Assembly: GCF_006345805.1 (NCBI RefSeq)
Contig: NC_043016.1
Location: forward strand, 14,632,001-14,696,000
DNA length: 64,000 nucleotides
Origin: Octopus sinensis
Taxonomy: Eukaryota
Reading direction: 5' to 3'
The position numbers were made by a program, and so were the translations under genes. This document shows, piece by piece, positions 11,888 through 24,310 of this stretch (the stretch's first letter is position 1; every line of letters begins with the position of its first letter). Under the pieces are notes generated by a model. That model made no database searches. It was not told the origin of the DNA and saw only the letters and a list, made by a program, of their open reading frames with translations.

Positions 11888-14800
11888 AATATAATATATA
11901 TATATGTATGTATATATGAGGGAATATTGTTCCAAATTTACAGGGAAAAAGTCAATTTAGGAATACTAATCAAATTTCACAAAATATAATATATATATAT
12001 ATATAAATTAGAAAAACCCACCGTTGTCCATGCTGGCATCGGTTGGATGTTTTGACTAGGCTGGCACTCTGGAAGGCTGCACTAGACTCTAGTTTTTTTT
12101 GGTTGGATGCCCCTCCTAATGCCAACCACTCTGGGAGTGTAATGGGTGCTTTAATGTGCCTTCAGCATGGGTGCCATTTCATGTGACATTTGTATCTGCC
12201 ACTTCTGTGATTTTGCTCAGCTTGATGGGTCTTCTTCTCAAGCATGACATAAAGCCAAAGTCTTGGTCATTATCTCTATGAGGCCCAACACTTGAAAAGA
12301 GCTCTGCCACTTTGTCTCCCTGAGGCCCAATGCTCTAAAGGAACTCAGTCACTTTGCCTCCATCAGGCCTAACACTTGAAAGGAACTCAGCCACGTGCCT
12401 CTGTGAGGTTCAACATTTAAAAGATGTTCTTTACGTGCATATATATATATATATATATATAATGATATATATATATATATATTAGAAATGGGGAAGGTCA
12501 GTATTTGGGATTACCTTAGCTTTCCCATCCATAAATAGTTTAGCTTTATGACGTATAATCAGATCCCAAAAACCTGTTGACCCATGACCTCTTAAAAATA
12601 TGGAGGGAGAAATGCCTCACTACACAAACGTAACAATTGGGGATTATCTCTCTTTGCTGCCATCTTGTGGGCTCCAAAAAGCAAGCAGGAACCTCTTGAA
12701 ATTGAAGCTTCTGAAATTCCAGTTACAAATCAAGAAAAAAATCCTCATCTAAATTGAGATTGATGGTTGCAAAAGAAGGTGATTCTTCATTGTTATGTAG
12801 TCACTGAATGAAAAATTTGAAATGGACATAACTCCAATTGTACTCAAACCAGGGATCTGTAGAACTGAATATGCAGACAAATATGAAATTACAGGAAGAA
12901 TTGGTAATAAGCTGCAAGAGTTTTCAACTCAACTCTATTGTTCTTTAAGCCTGAATTAGGTCTCCACAGAAAACTGAAAGTTCATTTATGAGTGGAACAA
13001 GAAGCCTTGCCAAAATTCTACAATGCACATTAAATGCCTTACAATGATGTGCATGGTGCTGTAAAATCTGGTACCAATTGGTCACGGAGGGCATTTTAGA
13101 AAAGTTGGTTATTTTTTTATGGGCAACAGCTATTCTAGTAATCCTAAAATAAAATGGAAAAATATGAAGTCCTGGAAATTACAAGGTCACTACTATTTCT
13201 ACATCATCACCTTATTCTTGGAGCTGAAGGTCTATTTACAAAATTGAACCAGAGTAAATCTTCTGCAATACTAAGTCTTTTAGATGCTTATTTACAATAA
13301 GAATTGAATGATTTGTTAAAAAGATATTGGCAATTAGGCGCAGGAGTGGCTGTGTGGTAAGTAGTTTGCTAACCAACCACATGGTTCCGGGTTCAGTCCC
13401 AATGCGAGGCATCTTGGGCAAGTGTCTTCTGCTATAGCCCCAGGCCGACCAATGCCTTGTGAGTGGATTTGGTAGACGGAAACTGAAAGAAGCCCGTCGT
13501 ATATATGTATATATATATATGTGTATATATATATGTGTGTGTGTTTGTGTGTCTATGTTTGTCCCCCTAGCATTGCTTGACAACCGATGCTCGTGTGTTT
13601 GCATCCCCGTCACTTAGCGGTTCAGCAAAAGAGACCGATACAATAAGTACTGAGCTTACGAAGAATAAGTCCCGGGGTCGATTTGCTCGACTGGAGGCGG
13701 TGCTCCAGCATGGCCGCAGTCAAATGACTGAAACAAGTAAAAGAGTAAAAAGAGTAAAGAGTAAATTAATACTCTGAAAGGTTCATTCCAATATGAAAGA
13801 CTGCCATCCGATCCATCATCACTGCTGGCCATATTTCTGTTTAGAGGTATGTTGAGTGTTTTGAACAAAACTTTATATTATTTGAATGATAAACAAGTGG
13901 GAGATGAAAAATAAACAAGAACAAAGAATAAAAATTTGTTAAAATTTCACAGAAAATAGAAACTGGATCTGATTACAATTGGAAAAACATTGTCTTTTAT
14001 AAATTTGAATGAAATATTTGCTGGTATGGTTCCAGGAATTTTTCAAGGGGAGGGCACAAGGTCAGAAGGGAATACAATTCCAGGAGAAAAGGGCATCATA
14101 ACATTATTTAGAAGGGTTCACTTCTTTTCTTGAGAGGTGCATGTGCCCTTCAGCTCCACCCCCCCCCCCCCCACACACACACACACCTTGGTCTCACCCC
14201 CTGATCTAGGATACAAAATAATAATTTCCAGAATTCAAGCAGACAAAGAAAGTCAAGACAATTGAAAATTTTCCAAAACCAAAGATGACACATTTGAAGA
14301 AAGAAATTTTAAATTATAGACAAATTTTGAAAACATTTTTCAGTGATTTTGTATTTATTAAATGAAAAGAAAAGAAAAGAAAAAAAGTGGAACTGAGCAA
14401 TTAAATATGATGTGGGGATGAGGCGAATGGAAGGAAAAGGTCAGTGATGTCAATGGCTGAGGGACCCTGACAGAAGAAGAAGAGTAAGTGATGACATAGG
14501 TGAAAGTAGGACCAGCATGGGCCTCTTTGGCCTCGAGTAGCAGGAGTGGACAGATGTGTGTAGATGTGTGAGCTAGGAAGGGAATTAGCAGTTGGTTCAA
14601 GTGATAGGTCAGACAAGCTGGACACTGAGAGGTAGGTGAACTGTACTTTGTTCCTTGTATTACAGTTCCCCATACTACATATGTCAAAGTTATTGGAAAT
14701 GTTGGCCGAAAAGACAATGTTAATGATGTCATTGATTATTACAAACGAAGAATCTCAAAGTGGAATTGGTGCAGTTCTTAGCCACTTAACAAAAATTGAA

Positions 14801-16333
14801 ATACTATTGTTTTAAGAAGACTTACCATGACCAAGATTTTGATTAATAAATGAAAAGAAAAAATTTGCAACTGAACAAAGAAATATTAAGAGAAATTCCT
14901 TTCACTACTGAAGGACAAAGAAAATTCTGGTACTGTAAGGCATCTGATTGAAGTTTTATAGATTAAAAATAGTTGGCCTTGTGAAATTGAATTCAGATTA
15001 AGAAAGTTTGAAAATTGACCAAAATATTCCAAAACTGAGCTGAATGTTTTCTCTGGGTTGTTTTAGCATGGAGAAAGGTTTGTGTCACCAACTAAATTTA
15101 AAATAAGATATCACAGGTTTTGCACAAAGTTCACATTTGAATAGTGAGAAAAAGGAAATTGTCCAGAATACACACTTGGTAACTTGAAGTCAATAAAGGT
15201 GGCATTGAAAGAACATACAAAAGATGTGTTAGGTATATGGAAACAAGACAAAACTCAACAGCCAGATTAGAAAACTTGCTTACAACCAATTGAAAGGTGA
15301 AGTAAAAGAAACATTTTGTGGCAATATGTCGTGCTTGAGAAGACCTCTCGAATCAAGTGAAGCCATAATCATGGTCGATGCCGGTGTAACAGGTGCACAT
15401 GCCAGTAGCATGTAAAGAGCACCCTTCAAATGTTGGACTTCACAAAGGTGATAAGTGACCGAGACCTTTAGTGATATGCTGTGCTTGAGAAGACTGGTCA
15501 AGCCAAGTGAAATTGTAGTTGTGGTTGTTGCTGATGTCACATAACTGACTCAAGTGCTAGCAGCATGTAATAAGCACCCATCACACTCTTGGAGTGGTTG
15601 GTGTTAGGAAGGACCTGCAGCTGTAGAAATCATGCCAAATCAGACTGGAACCTAATACAGCTCTCCAGCTTACCAGTTCCAATCAGACTGCCTAACCATG
15701 CCAGCATGGAAAGCGGACAATGAAGGATGATGATGATGATGATGATAATTTTGGATACAATATTCTTGTTAATATATACAAAGGAAGGGGTGATAGTTGT
15801 GAAAATTTGGTAAGACTACTACTTATGGAATCAATGAAATTGTGACAAGAATTCACACAACTTAGGAGTTGCCAAAAACAATTGTAATAAATAGTCCCTG
15901 AATTCTAATCTAGTGAATTTGAGAATTAGAGCAAATTTGGAGGTATTGAACATTTGACTAGTGCTCCCTCTGCCACCTATTAAAGTGATTTAAAAGATTG
16001 GTTAGAATTTTCAAAGTTATGACAAAGGCTAACGTTGAGGTGAAGACAAAGCCCGGAGTTTTAACGAAAATTATACATTAATGACAGATTTTGCTCAGAA
16101 TTTTACAGCAGCATTGGTTACAACAGCCTACTCCAAGATGAACAATAACTGAGTTCAAATTCCACCAAGGTCAAACTCTTCATCTTTTTGGGTTTGATAT
16201 TATAAGTAATGATCAAATATTGAAGCTAGTACAATTTACCAGCATCTTCCCTCAAAATTGCTGGTCATGTGCCCAACAGAGAATTTATACTACATCTTTC
16301 AGCAGCAGAATTTTCCTTATATAAGTATATATG

Positions 16334-16390
<57 letters not shown>

Positions 16391-18537
16391 AGATGTACTC
16401 GCATAGCAAGTAATTTGATCTGAGATCGTGTGCTGAAACGAAAACAATTGCAGCGTGGAAGGTGTTTATAAGCCATTTAAGAACACACAAAAGCTGTTCG
16501 ATTCACTCCAACATTTAAGTTTAATTTGTCAAAATATTTTCGTCGCTAAAATCCGCGACCTGTTCACTGACAAAGTCCGTGCTGCATCTAAGAAAGTAAC
16601 AGTTAGTTCGTCATATATATGTACGTATGTATGTGTGTATGTATGCATACATGTGTGTATGTATGTACGTATGTATGTATATATATTATATATATATATA
16701 TAATATACATACACTTTTGCTATACTGAGAGGTTGTTGTTGTTGAGAGACAAATACTATGGGAGAGACAGAGTGTGTATGTGTGAAATATAGATAGATGT
16801 CGTTATACTAATTAGAAAGCTTTGATTGAAAGCAGGAATAATAGATACAAGACACAGTGTACTTGTATTTAAAGCAATCAAGTGACATGATGTGTGGCTA
16901 TTCTAATCAGAGGGAGCTTCAACTGCAAAGGGACATCCCAGTAAGCCAGCAAATTTGGTATATTGTTATTAGTAATTTAGCCTTAAAAAGTGTGAAAAAT
17001 TATATATTGCCACGAAAAAAGCCATAGAATATCACGGACAATATTTACGATTCTGCAAATATGCAGTGGTTTCCATGAACACTTACTATTTCAGCAAATA
17101 ACCGGGACCGTGAAGGCCAAACTGCAAATAAGCGGGCATAGACTGTATTTTATTTTACTTCAACATTTAAGTTGTTGCTTCTTTTCATCAGTTTTCAAGG
17201 CTTGAATTTGACTAAATCATTTGACTTAATATTATCAGATATCAATAATAATTAATAGTAGTGGCTTTCCACACACCTCTCCATATTGAAAGTTTAATAG
17301 TTTTAAACATGTTTTAACAGAATATCTTTCTAATTTGATGATCAGATCTTTACCCCCCCTCCCTTCCAATCCACTCCTCCTTCTCAATCCCCCCCCCCCC
17401 GCTATACAACTCACACCTTATCAACTGAGCTCCTTAATCATTAGTTACCAACTCTGTGATACAAAATACAAAAGCAGGCAGATTATTTGCGCTGAGTACA
17501 AATTTCCCTGAGGTGTTCATATGTTTCTAAGCTAGGTAAGGACACTTGGCTTCACATGCCTTAGTTCACCTGATTTATAATGAATAGATAGCTACTTGGC
17601 AACCTATACAGGTTTGATGCCATGCTATGGGAACTAACCATTTATAAACGATTTAAGCTTGAGGAGAAGGGACAAGGTTGTAAGATATTTATCTTTGCCT
17701 TTAATAACAGCAAACACAAAGGAGAGGTGTGTATCTCGTCGCTGAGAAAATCACATACCTCCACTTATAGAAAGAGATTGTTTTACTCAATCAGGTCAAC
17801 CTACTCTCAGGTGGCCAGGACATGCTTGACTTGCCAATTACAAACAACCCTAAGTTTAGTTACTGTATAATAATAATATGTCTACACAAAAGGCTTTATA
17901 ACCACCTTCTTCTTCTTCTTTTTCTTCTTCTTCTTTTTCTTCTTCTTCTTTTTCTTCTTCTTCTTTTTCTTCTTCTTCTTCTTCTTCTTCTTCTTCTTCT
18001 TCTTGTTCTTCTTCTGCTACTTCTTCTTTTTCTTCTTCTTCTTCCCCTCTTCTTCTTCTTCTCCTCCTCCCTCTCCTCCTCCTACTCTTCTTCTTCTTCC
18101 TCCTCTTCCTCCTCCTCCTCCTCCTCCTTCTTCTTCTTCACTCTTATGGTTATTGTGCACTTGGATGTACTCAATGTGAACTCAGCCACATTCCAGTTAT
18201 ATAAATTTAAAAAAACAAGATATACATTTTCAAATCAGGAATTTAGTTTGAAAAAACTAGAAAAGTAAAATATTTTATGCTCAACAATTGAACGAGTATT
18301 TATTTTATTAAAATTTGGAAGGTAAATTAATAAAAACAAGGCATGGCTGTTTAAAACCTTGTTGTTTTGGGTTCGGTCTCAGTGAATGGCACAGCTAAGA
18401 ACCCCTTGCTGACCAATGTCTTGTGAATGAATTTGGTGAACAGAAACTGTGGAACCATGTTTTGTTTGTTTGTGTGTGCATGTAGAGGCACATGGCTCTG
18501 TTGTTAGACTGGCCTAATCTATCTATATGTCTGTTTC

Positions 18538-18576
<39 letters not shown>

Positions 18577-18584
18577 CTCTCTCT

Positions 18585-18640
<56 letters not shown>

Positions 18641-20152
18641 CACACACACACACACACACACAGTCCAGATCTGTGGCTGGAGCAAAATCCCAACGAGGTC
18701 AAGGGTGACATGGTGGTGGAAAAAGGATGTAAACAGTGCTATAAAAGCAAAGAGACAGAATTGGTAAGACTGGCAAAATTATGGTAGATGACGATTATAT
18801 CTGGTAACCAGAAGGGAAGCTAGGCAACAGGTTTACATAGTGAAAGGAAAATCAGAAAGTATGAGATTTGGCAATGCTTTGCATCATGAGGATCAGAGGT
18901 GGGAGGTGTTTTGGATTTCAAAGCAGTGTATCAGAGAGAACTGAGGTTTTGCAGATGAGATATGTATGTGAATGGATAATGGTAAGCTTGAGAAGAAAGA
19001 GGCACAGAAATTCCACGATTAAAGGTTGCTAAATGTGGAGAATTGAAAGAAGAAAGTAAGTCTTTCCTAATATGCAGCACCTGAGTAACCAGGCATCATA
19101 ATTGACAACTGTATGAAAGATAAAGCAATTAAAGGTATGAGGGCAGAGGAATCCGCTGGACCATCAGGTATCACCACTAAGATTCTTAAATATCTGGTGG
19201 TATAGGTCATAGCCTAGTCACCTGTATAATCAATCAGGCAATCTGGAGGTACAGGTATGTGTCATACCCATCGACTGGTGTAGCAGCATTATAGTCAGCT
19301 GCTACAGGGTAACTGAGCTGCCTTACATAGAAAGAATTTCAGAGGTATCACACTTATTGACCAGGTCCAAAAGTTACAGAGAGTTATAATCCAATTGATA
19401 AGGAACAGAATTAGACTAGATGAAGTGCAGTTTGGTTTTGTGCCAAGGAGGAGTAATATGGATGCTATCTTCCTAGTGCAGATGAAGTATCATCATTTAA
19501 CGTCCCTCTTCCATGCTGGCATGGGTTGGATGGATTGATAAGAGCCGGCCAGGTAGAAGACTACCCCAGGACTGTGTCCGTTTTGGTATGGTTTTTATGA
19601 CTGGATGCCCTTCCTAATATCAACCACCCTGCAGAGTGGACTCAGTGCATTTTACATTGTAACAGTAGAGGCAAGGTCAGTTTTGACATGGTCTTTACAG
19701 CTGGATCTCATTCCAAATGTCAACCACATTACAATGTGGACTGGGTGCTTTTAACGTGACATCAGCACTGGTAGGGTCACCAAATGACTTGCAAGACAAG
19801 GAATTTTGAGGGGGAAGGGGGCATTGGAGGAGGTGGGATTTTGTGCCAGATGAGGAAATGTTAGAGTGTGACAGAGAGCCAGAGGGGCAGAAACAGGTGT
19901 TGTTCTATAGAGGAGGTACATGGTTACTTGGCCAGAGAGAGAGAGAGAGAAGAAAAAGAGAGGGAGAGAAAAGAGAGAGAGGCACAAGAAAGAGGAGAGA
20001 AACAGATATGCTGATGTAAAGGTGATACTAGTCAGGTTACCTAGTCAGAGCAAAATCAAGAGAGAGAGAGAGAGAGAGATGGGGGGGGATCAAGAATGAA
20101 GGCAGAAACAGGTATGCTGCTGTAGAGGGGATACATGGCTACCCAGGCAGAG

Positions 20153-20189
<37 letters not shown>

Positions 20190-21658
20190 TGGTAAAGTGT
20201 CAGGGTATACTCACAAGAAATGGAGTTCAGAGCATAGATGGGATGGTAGAAGAAGGAAGAGAAAGAGATAAGGGGGGGGGGAGACAAAAAAAAAGAAAAA
20301 AACACAATGAAAATATCCCACCAAAACCACGTTGTAGCAGTTGTTGCTTCAAGATCATGGTGACATGGAACTCAAGTTGCAATGATCTAAACCATTTTGT
20401 TACAAACTCTTTAACTGCACATCTGTGATTGAGCCTTTATATAAGTATGTGTGTGTGTGCGCGCATGTGCGTGTGTGTGTATGCATGCATGCATATATGT
20501 GTGTGTGTGTAATCTCATTCAAATTTTCTTTCATTTTATTCATTTCTACAGGTGGTCTAACTGCTGTAATCTGGACAGATTTTGTGCAGACATTGGTCAT
20601 GGTCATTGGTGCCTTTATTTTGATGGTTATGAGTAAGTTATTTCACAACCTTCCTACATATATTAAGCTAATATTTCTAATTTCATAATATGATAATGCT
20701 TTCTTAATTGAAAAAATGTTATTGTTGAACTTTTATGAATGTGTTTGCAGTATGATAAAGTAAAACCATTTGAGGAACTTGGTTTGAGAACAGGGAAGAT
20801 GTTCACAAATAAAGGAGTATTTTTTATATACAATGCGGATTGCAACTTCAGGGTTGGGTTTCTCTCTCTCTCTGTCATACACAAAATCATATTTTGAGGA
20901 TTTTGTATGGAAAAAAGATCATTTAGCTACAGTAAATCACCTAGTTAACCAGTTCTGAGACACCTATGCATGTATGTATATGTATGTATAGAATATACTC
21001 AATTTCCTTTTTACTTGCTCTTTTATGCTTCCTTTTTTTCCACAAATGCAAAATTACAGCAAAATAGTTACTAGTAGCAATCAAAATAATATTTACTATT
21101 AACTACCAATAAACTGAATTCTTACACTCTACCTTTTATCTTCAAGTTAAGTGATACCATTCTTTTATTCTCTTCTTAATAGGTTTTATAGAAGTTGGTG
21201 GTTACGAGGAGTTAGTGGACAGATACTTCCAAGCTTGGTCCAACACAACCAGAGATAATTTATTCAACGTTTCTTCTCCAATGCATAAATACGCTGAATG
21301 TGGCATACCACCAAAAAATTCAATGAGTTTGCTCAGGTCATACGATGATCCAAATCTTCCTTGGCCTGGAGTGATGTTTGGTCTTACAGTGTCTGCAGTT
21401 TGGTACTGGTGCACTGACCAAGTAAGTTTTTCTTTTATTTTCTTAACATTTCTATCTCTCAATTGTACAAATAATCTTCTATTTCTAACATCAGTCGATT
21501 AACATTAGTTAACCCTGTCATCCCTAAAATATTTTTCATATTAAATCAAACATTATGACTATTGAGGGAGCCTCTATACTCCTACTTAATCTGGTAAAAT
21601 ATACAAACAAATCTTCCTCTTATCACACCTTACCATTTTGAATAATAATAATAATTAT

Positions 21659-21713
<55 letters not shown>

Positions 21714-24039
21714 GCCCTGATGCATTACCAGGCATTGGCTCTCATGGCTTCTGATCTTAACTGATTGGAAGTGCTATCATGTAGTGGGGGAGCATTATAG
21801 CCATGTGTTGAGTGGAATTCTTTGGGGTTTGGATAATTCACCTTTGGAAACATGGGTGTTTTGTTCAACATCCTTAAACAACCCTTAGGGACCTTTTCAG
21901 CGGGATGGGTTACTCAACCAGAAGAAAATTTTAACTGGGCCCTACATGCAAGGTCATGTACTGTTTATCTTGATATGAGATCACTATGTCGTGCACATAT
22001 GGTTGTGATGCATGTGCCTGGTGTACCCTTATCAGACGGGTAGTCATGATGGGTATATTGGGCTTTGTATATTATACCCCAGTGTCACTTTGATGACATG
22101 CACTGCTCTCTGACTCAATAATAATAATAATAATAATAAAATATTACTTTGGACCCAGATATACAAAAGAACATATTAGTCACAGCCGGAACATGTTAGT
22201 TTCTCAGTCAGAACTAATCTGGAGCTAAAGAACAACATCCATAGTCTTTGATAAGTCTTTGATAAGACAATGAGAGAGTCTTCACGTGGTTTCTCTATCT
22301 ACTAGAAATAGCAACCTAAACATCAAATCGCACCTTAATCTTAGTCTTAGATCCTCCAGTATAGTTTGCCTGTATGTTGGATAGCATGGTATCTCCAATC
22401 ACACGAGCTTTGATCATAGTCACCTGTGTTTTCCCAGGTGAGGCTAAGCTATCAGTCATAAGCTCAGGAAGGGTGTATATTCCAGTGGTGCTAGGTGTGC
22501 ACTTCCCACCAATCGAAAATGGCAAATTCATTATAAATATTAACCTTATTTATTAATTTAATCACAAATCTTAAAGGAAAACATTTGCTATACCCCTGCT
22601 TGAAATTTGGTGGCATTGGGTGTGGCAGCACACCCAACACAATAACCACCACATGACACTGAAGTTCAGATGTAAAAGAAATGTGGTGGTTGGCAGTCTA
22701 GCAACCTGTCACCAGAACTATTGAGGAAAACACTCATGTGGAGAAAATTACAATTGCTACAGAAACATGGAGAAAAATTGTCAATAATCACACTGACCAG
22801 CTTATGGAAGAAAAAAGAATGTATCGATAATATAACCCTAGATACATTTTACTTGAAAAATTATAGATAAGGGCACAATCTAAATTACTGTTGTATATAG
22901 AGCTGCTCAGTTTAGGTGTAGACTGAAATTACACAGCCAATATATAGTTTTTCACATACATAGACATCTCAAAAGTAAATAGACACATCGTTTTTGAAAG
23001 ATTTATTTCTAAAAGTGAAATTGAATGCATCTAAATACTTAATCAAGTATTTAGTAGACACAAGGCAGTGTTGAAAAGTTCCTGGTTTTCGATATGAACA
23101 TACAGGAGGATCAGTTAATTATAATTTTACTCTCAACATATTCCCCTCTCAGATTCACACAATATTGCAGTAGTCCTTCGACTTTTCTAAGCCCCCCTGT
23201 AAAGGAACTTGGAAAGTTGAACTTCCAACCAAGCCTTTTGCAATACCCTTAAAGCCAGGAACTTTCCAGCACCCCCTTGTATGCCTTGTGCGTAATACAT
23301 TAACAAGTTTGGTAGAGGGAAACTGAAAGAAGCCTGTTGTGTATATGTGTGTGTGTGGGTTTGTTTGTGTGTATGTTTGTCCCCCCATCATTGCTTGACA
23401 ACCAATGTTGGTGTGTTTATATCCCCATAACTTAGCAGTTTGGCAAAAGAGACCAATAGAATAAGTACTAGGTTTACAAAAGAATAAGTCTTGGGGTTGA
23501 TTTGTTTGACTAAAGGCAGTGATACCACTGCACTCTTGACATTATTTTATATTACATTATTATTATTATTACTATTGTTGCTGTTGTTGTTACTGTTATT
23601 ATCTCTTTATCACAGGTTTTGTTGGAGCTCCTTGAGTCTTTCTTGCATAATGAGCTTACCACCTGCAACCTACAGTGCCATACTATTTGCTCTTTTCAGC
23701 TAATACTTTCCTGATTATTCTGGCCGTGCCAAGGAGGCAAACCTTTTGTAACAGTTCTACTGGGCACTCTTATTCCAATTTCCTTTATCTTCCCCTTGAT
23801 GCCTTCTGATACTATTCCCAAGGATCCAACAATAATTGGCACTATCTGCACTTTCTTCATTTTCTATAACCGGGCTATTTCATACTTTATGTCCCCGTCA
23901 CTTAGCGGTTCGGCAAAAGAGACCGATAGAATAAGTACTGGGCTTACAAAAGAATAAGTCCCGGGGTCGAGTTTCTCGATTAAAGGCGGTGCTCCAGCAT
24001 GGCCGCAGTCAAATGACTGAAACAAGTAAAAAAAAAAGA

Positions 24040-24073
<34 letters not shown>

Positions 24074-24267
24074 TACAAAATTAGAGAATGGAGAAACATA
24101 CTTAAATCAATAAAACATCAACTATCCGATGATACCCAATCAATACTTTAATACACCATTACATATGAGTAAAGGCATTATACAAAATGAGATATACAGT
24201 AATAGTATATGAGTTCATAGTTATTTCGATCTTGAAAGGATGGACTTGGTGCAAACTTAACTGTATC

Positions 24268-24310
<43 letters not shown>

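Noticed and set aside
12600-15260. Faint LINE-RT and Gypsy RNase H-like peptide traces (e.g. [11 protein letters not shown] near 14750)
   Set aside because: Too degenerate to delimit or classify without a profile search.
17490-17900. Possible REL-endonuclease-like remnant on the - strand
   Set aside because: Many stops and only weak resemblance; not supportable by eye.
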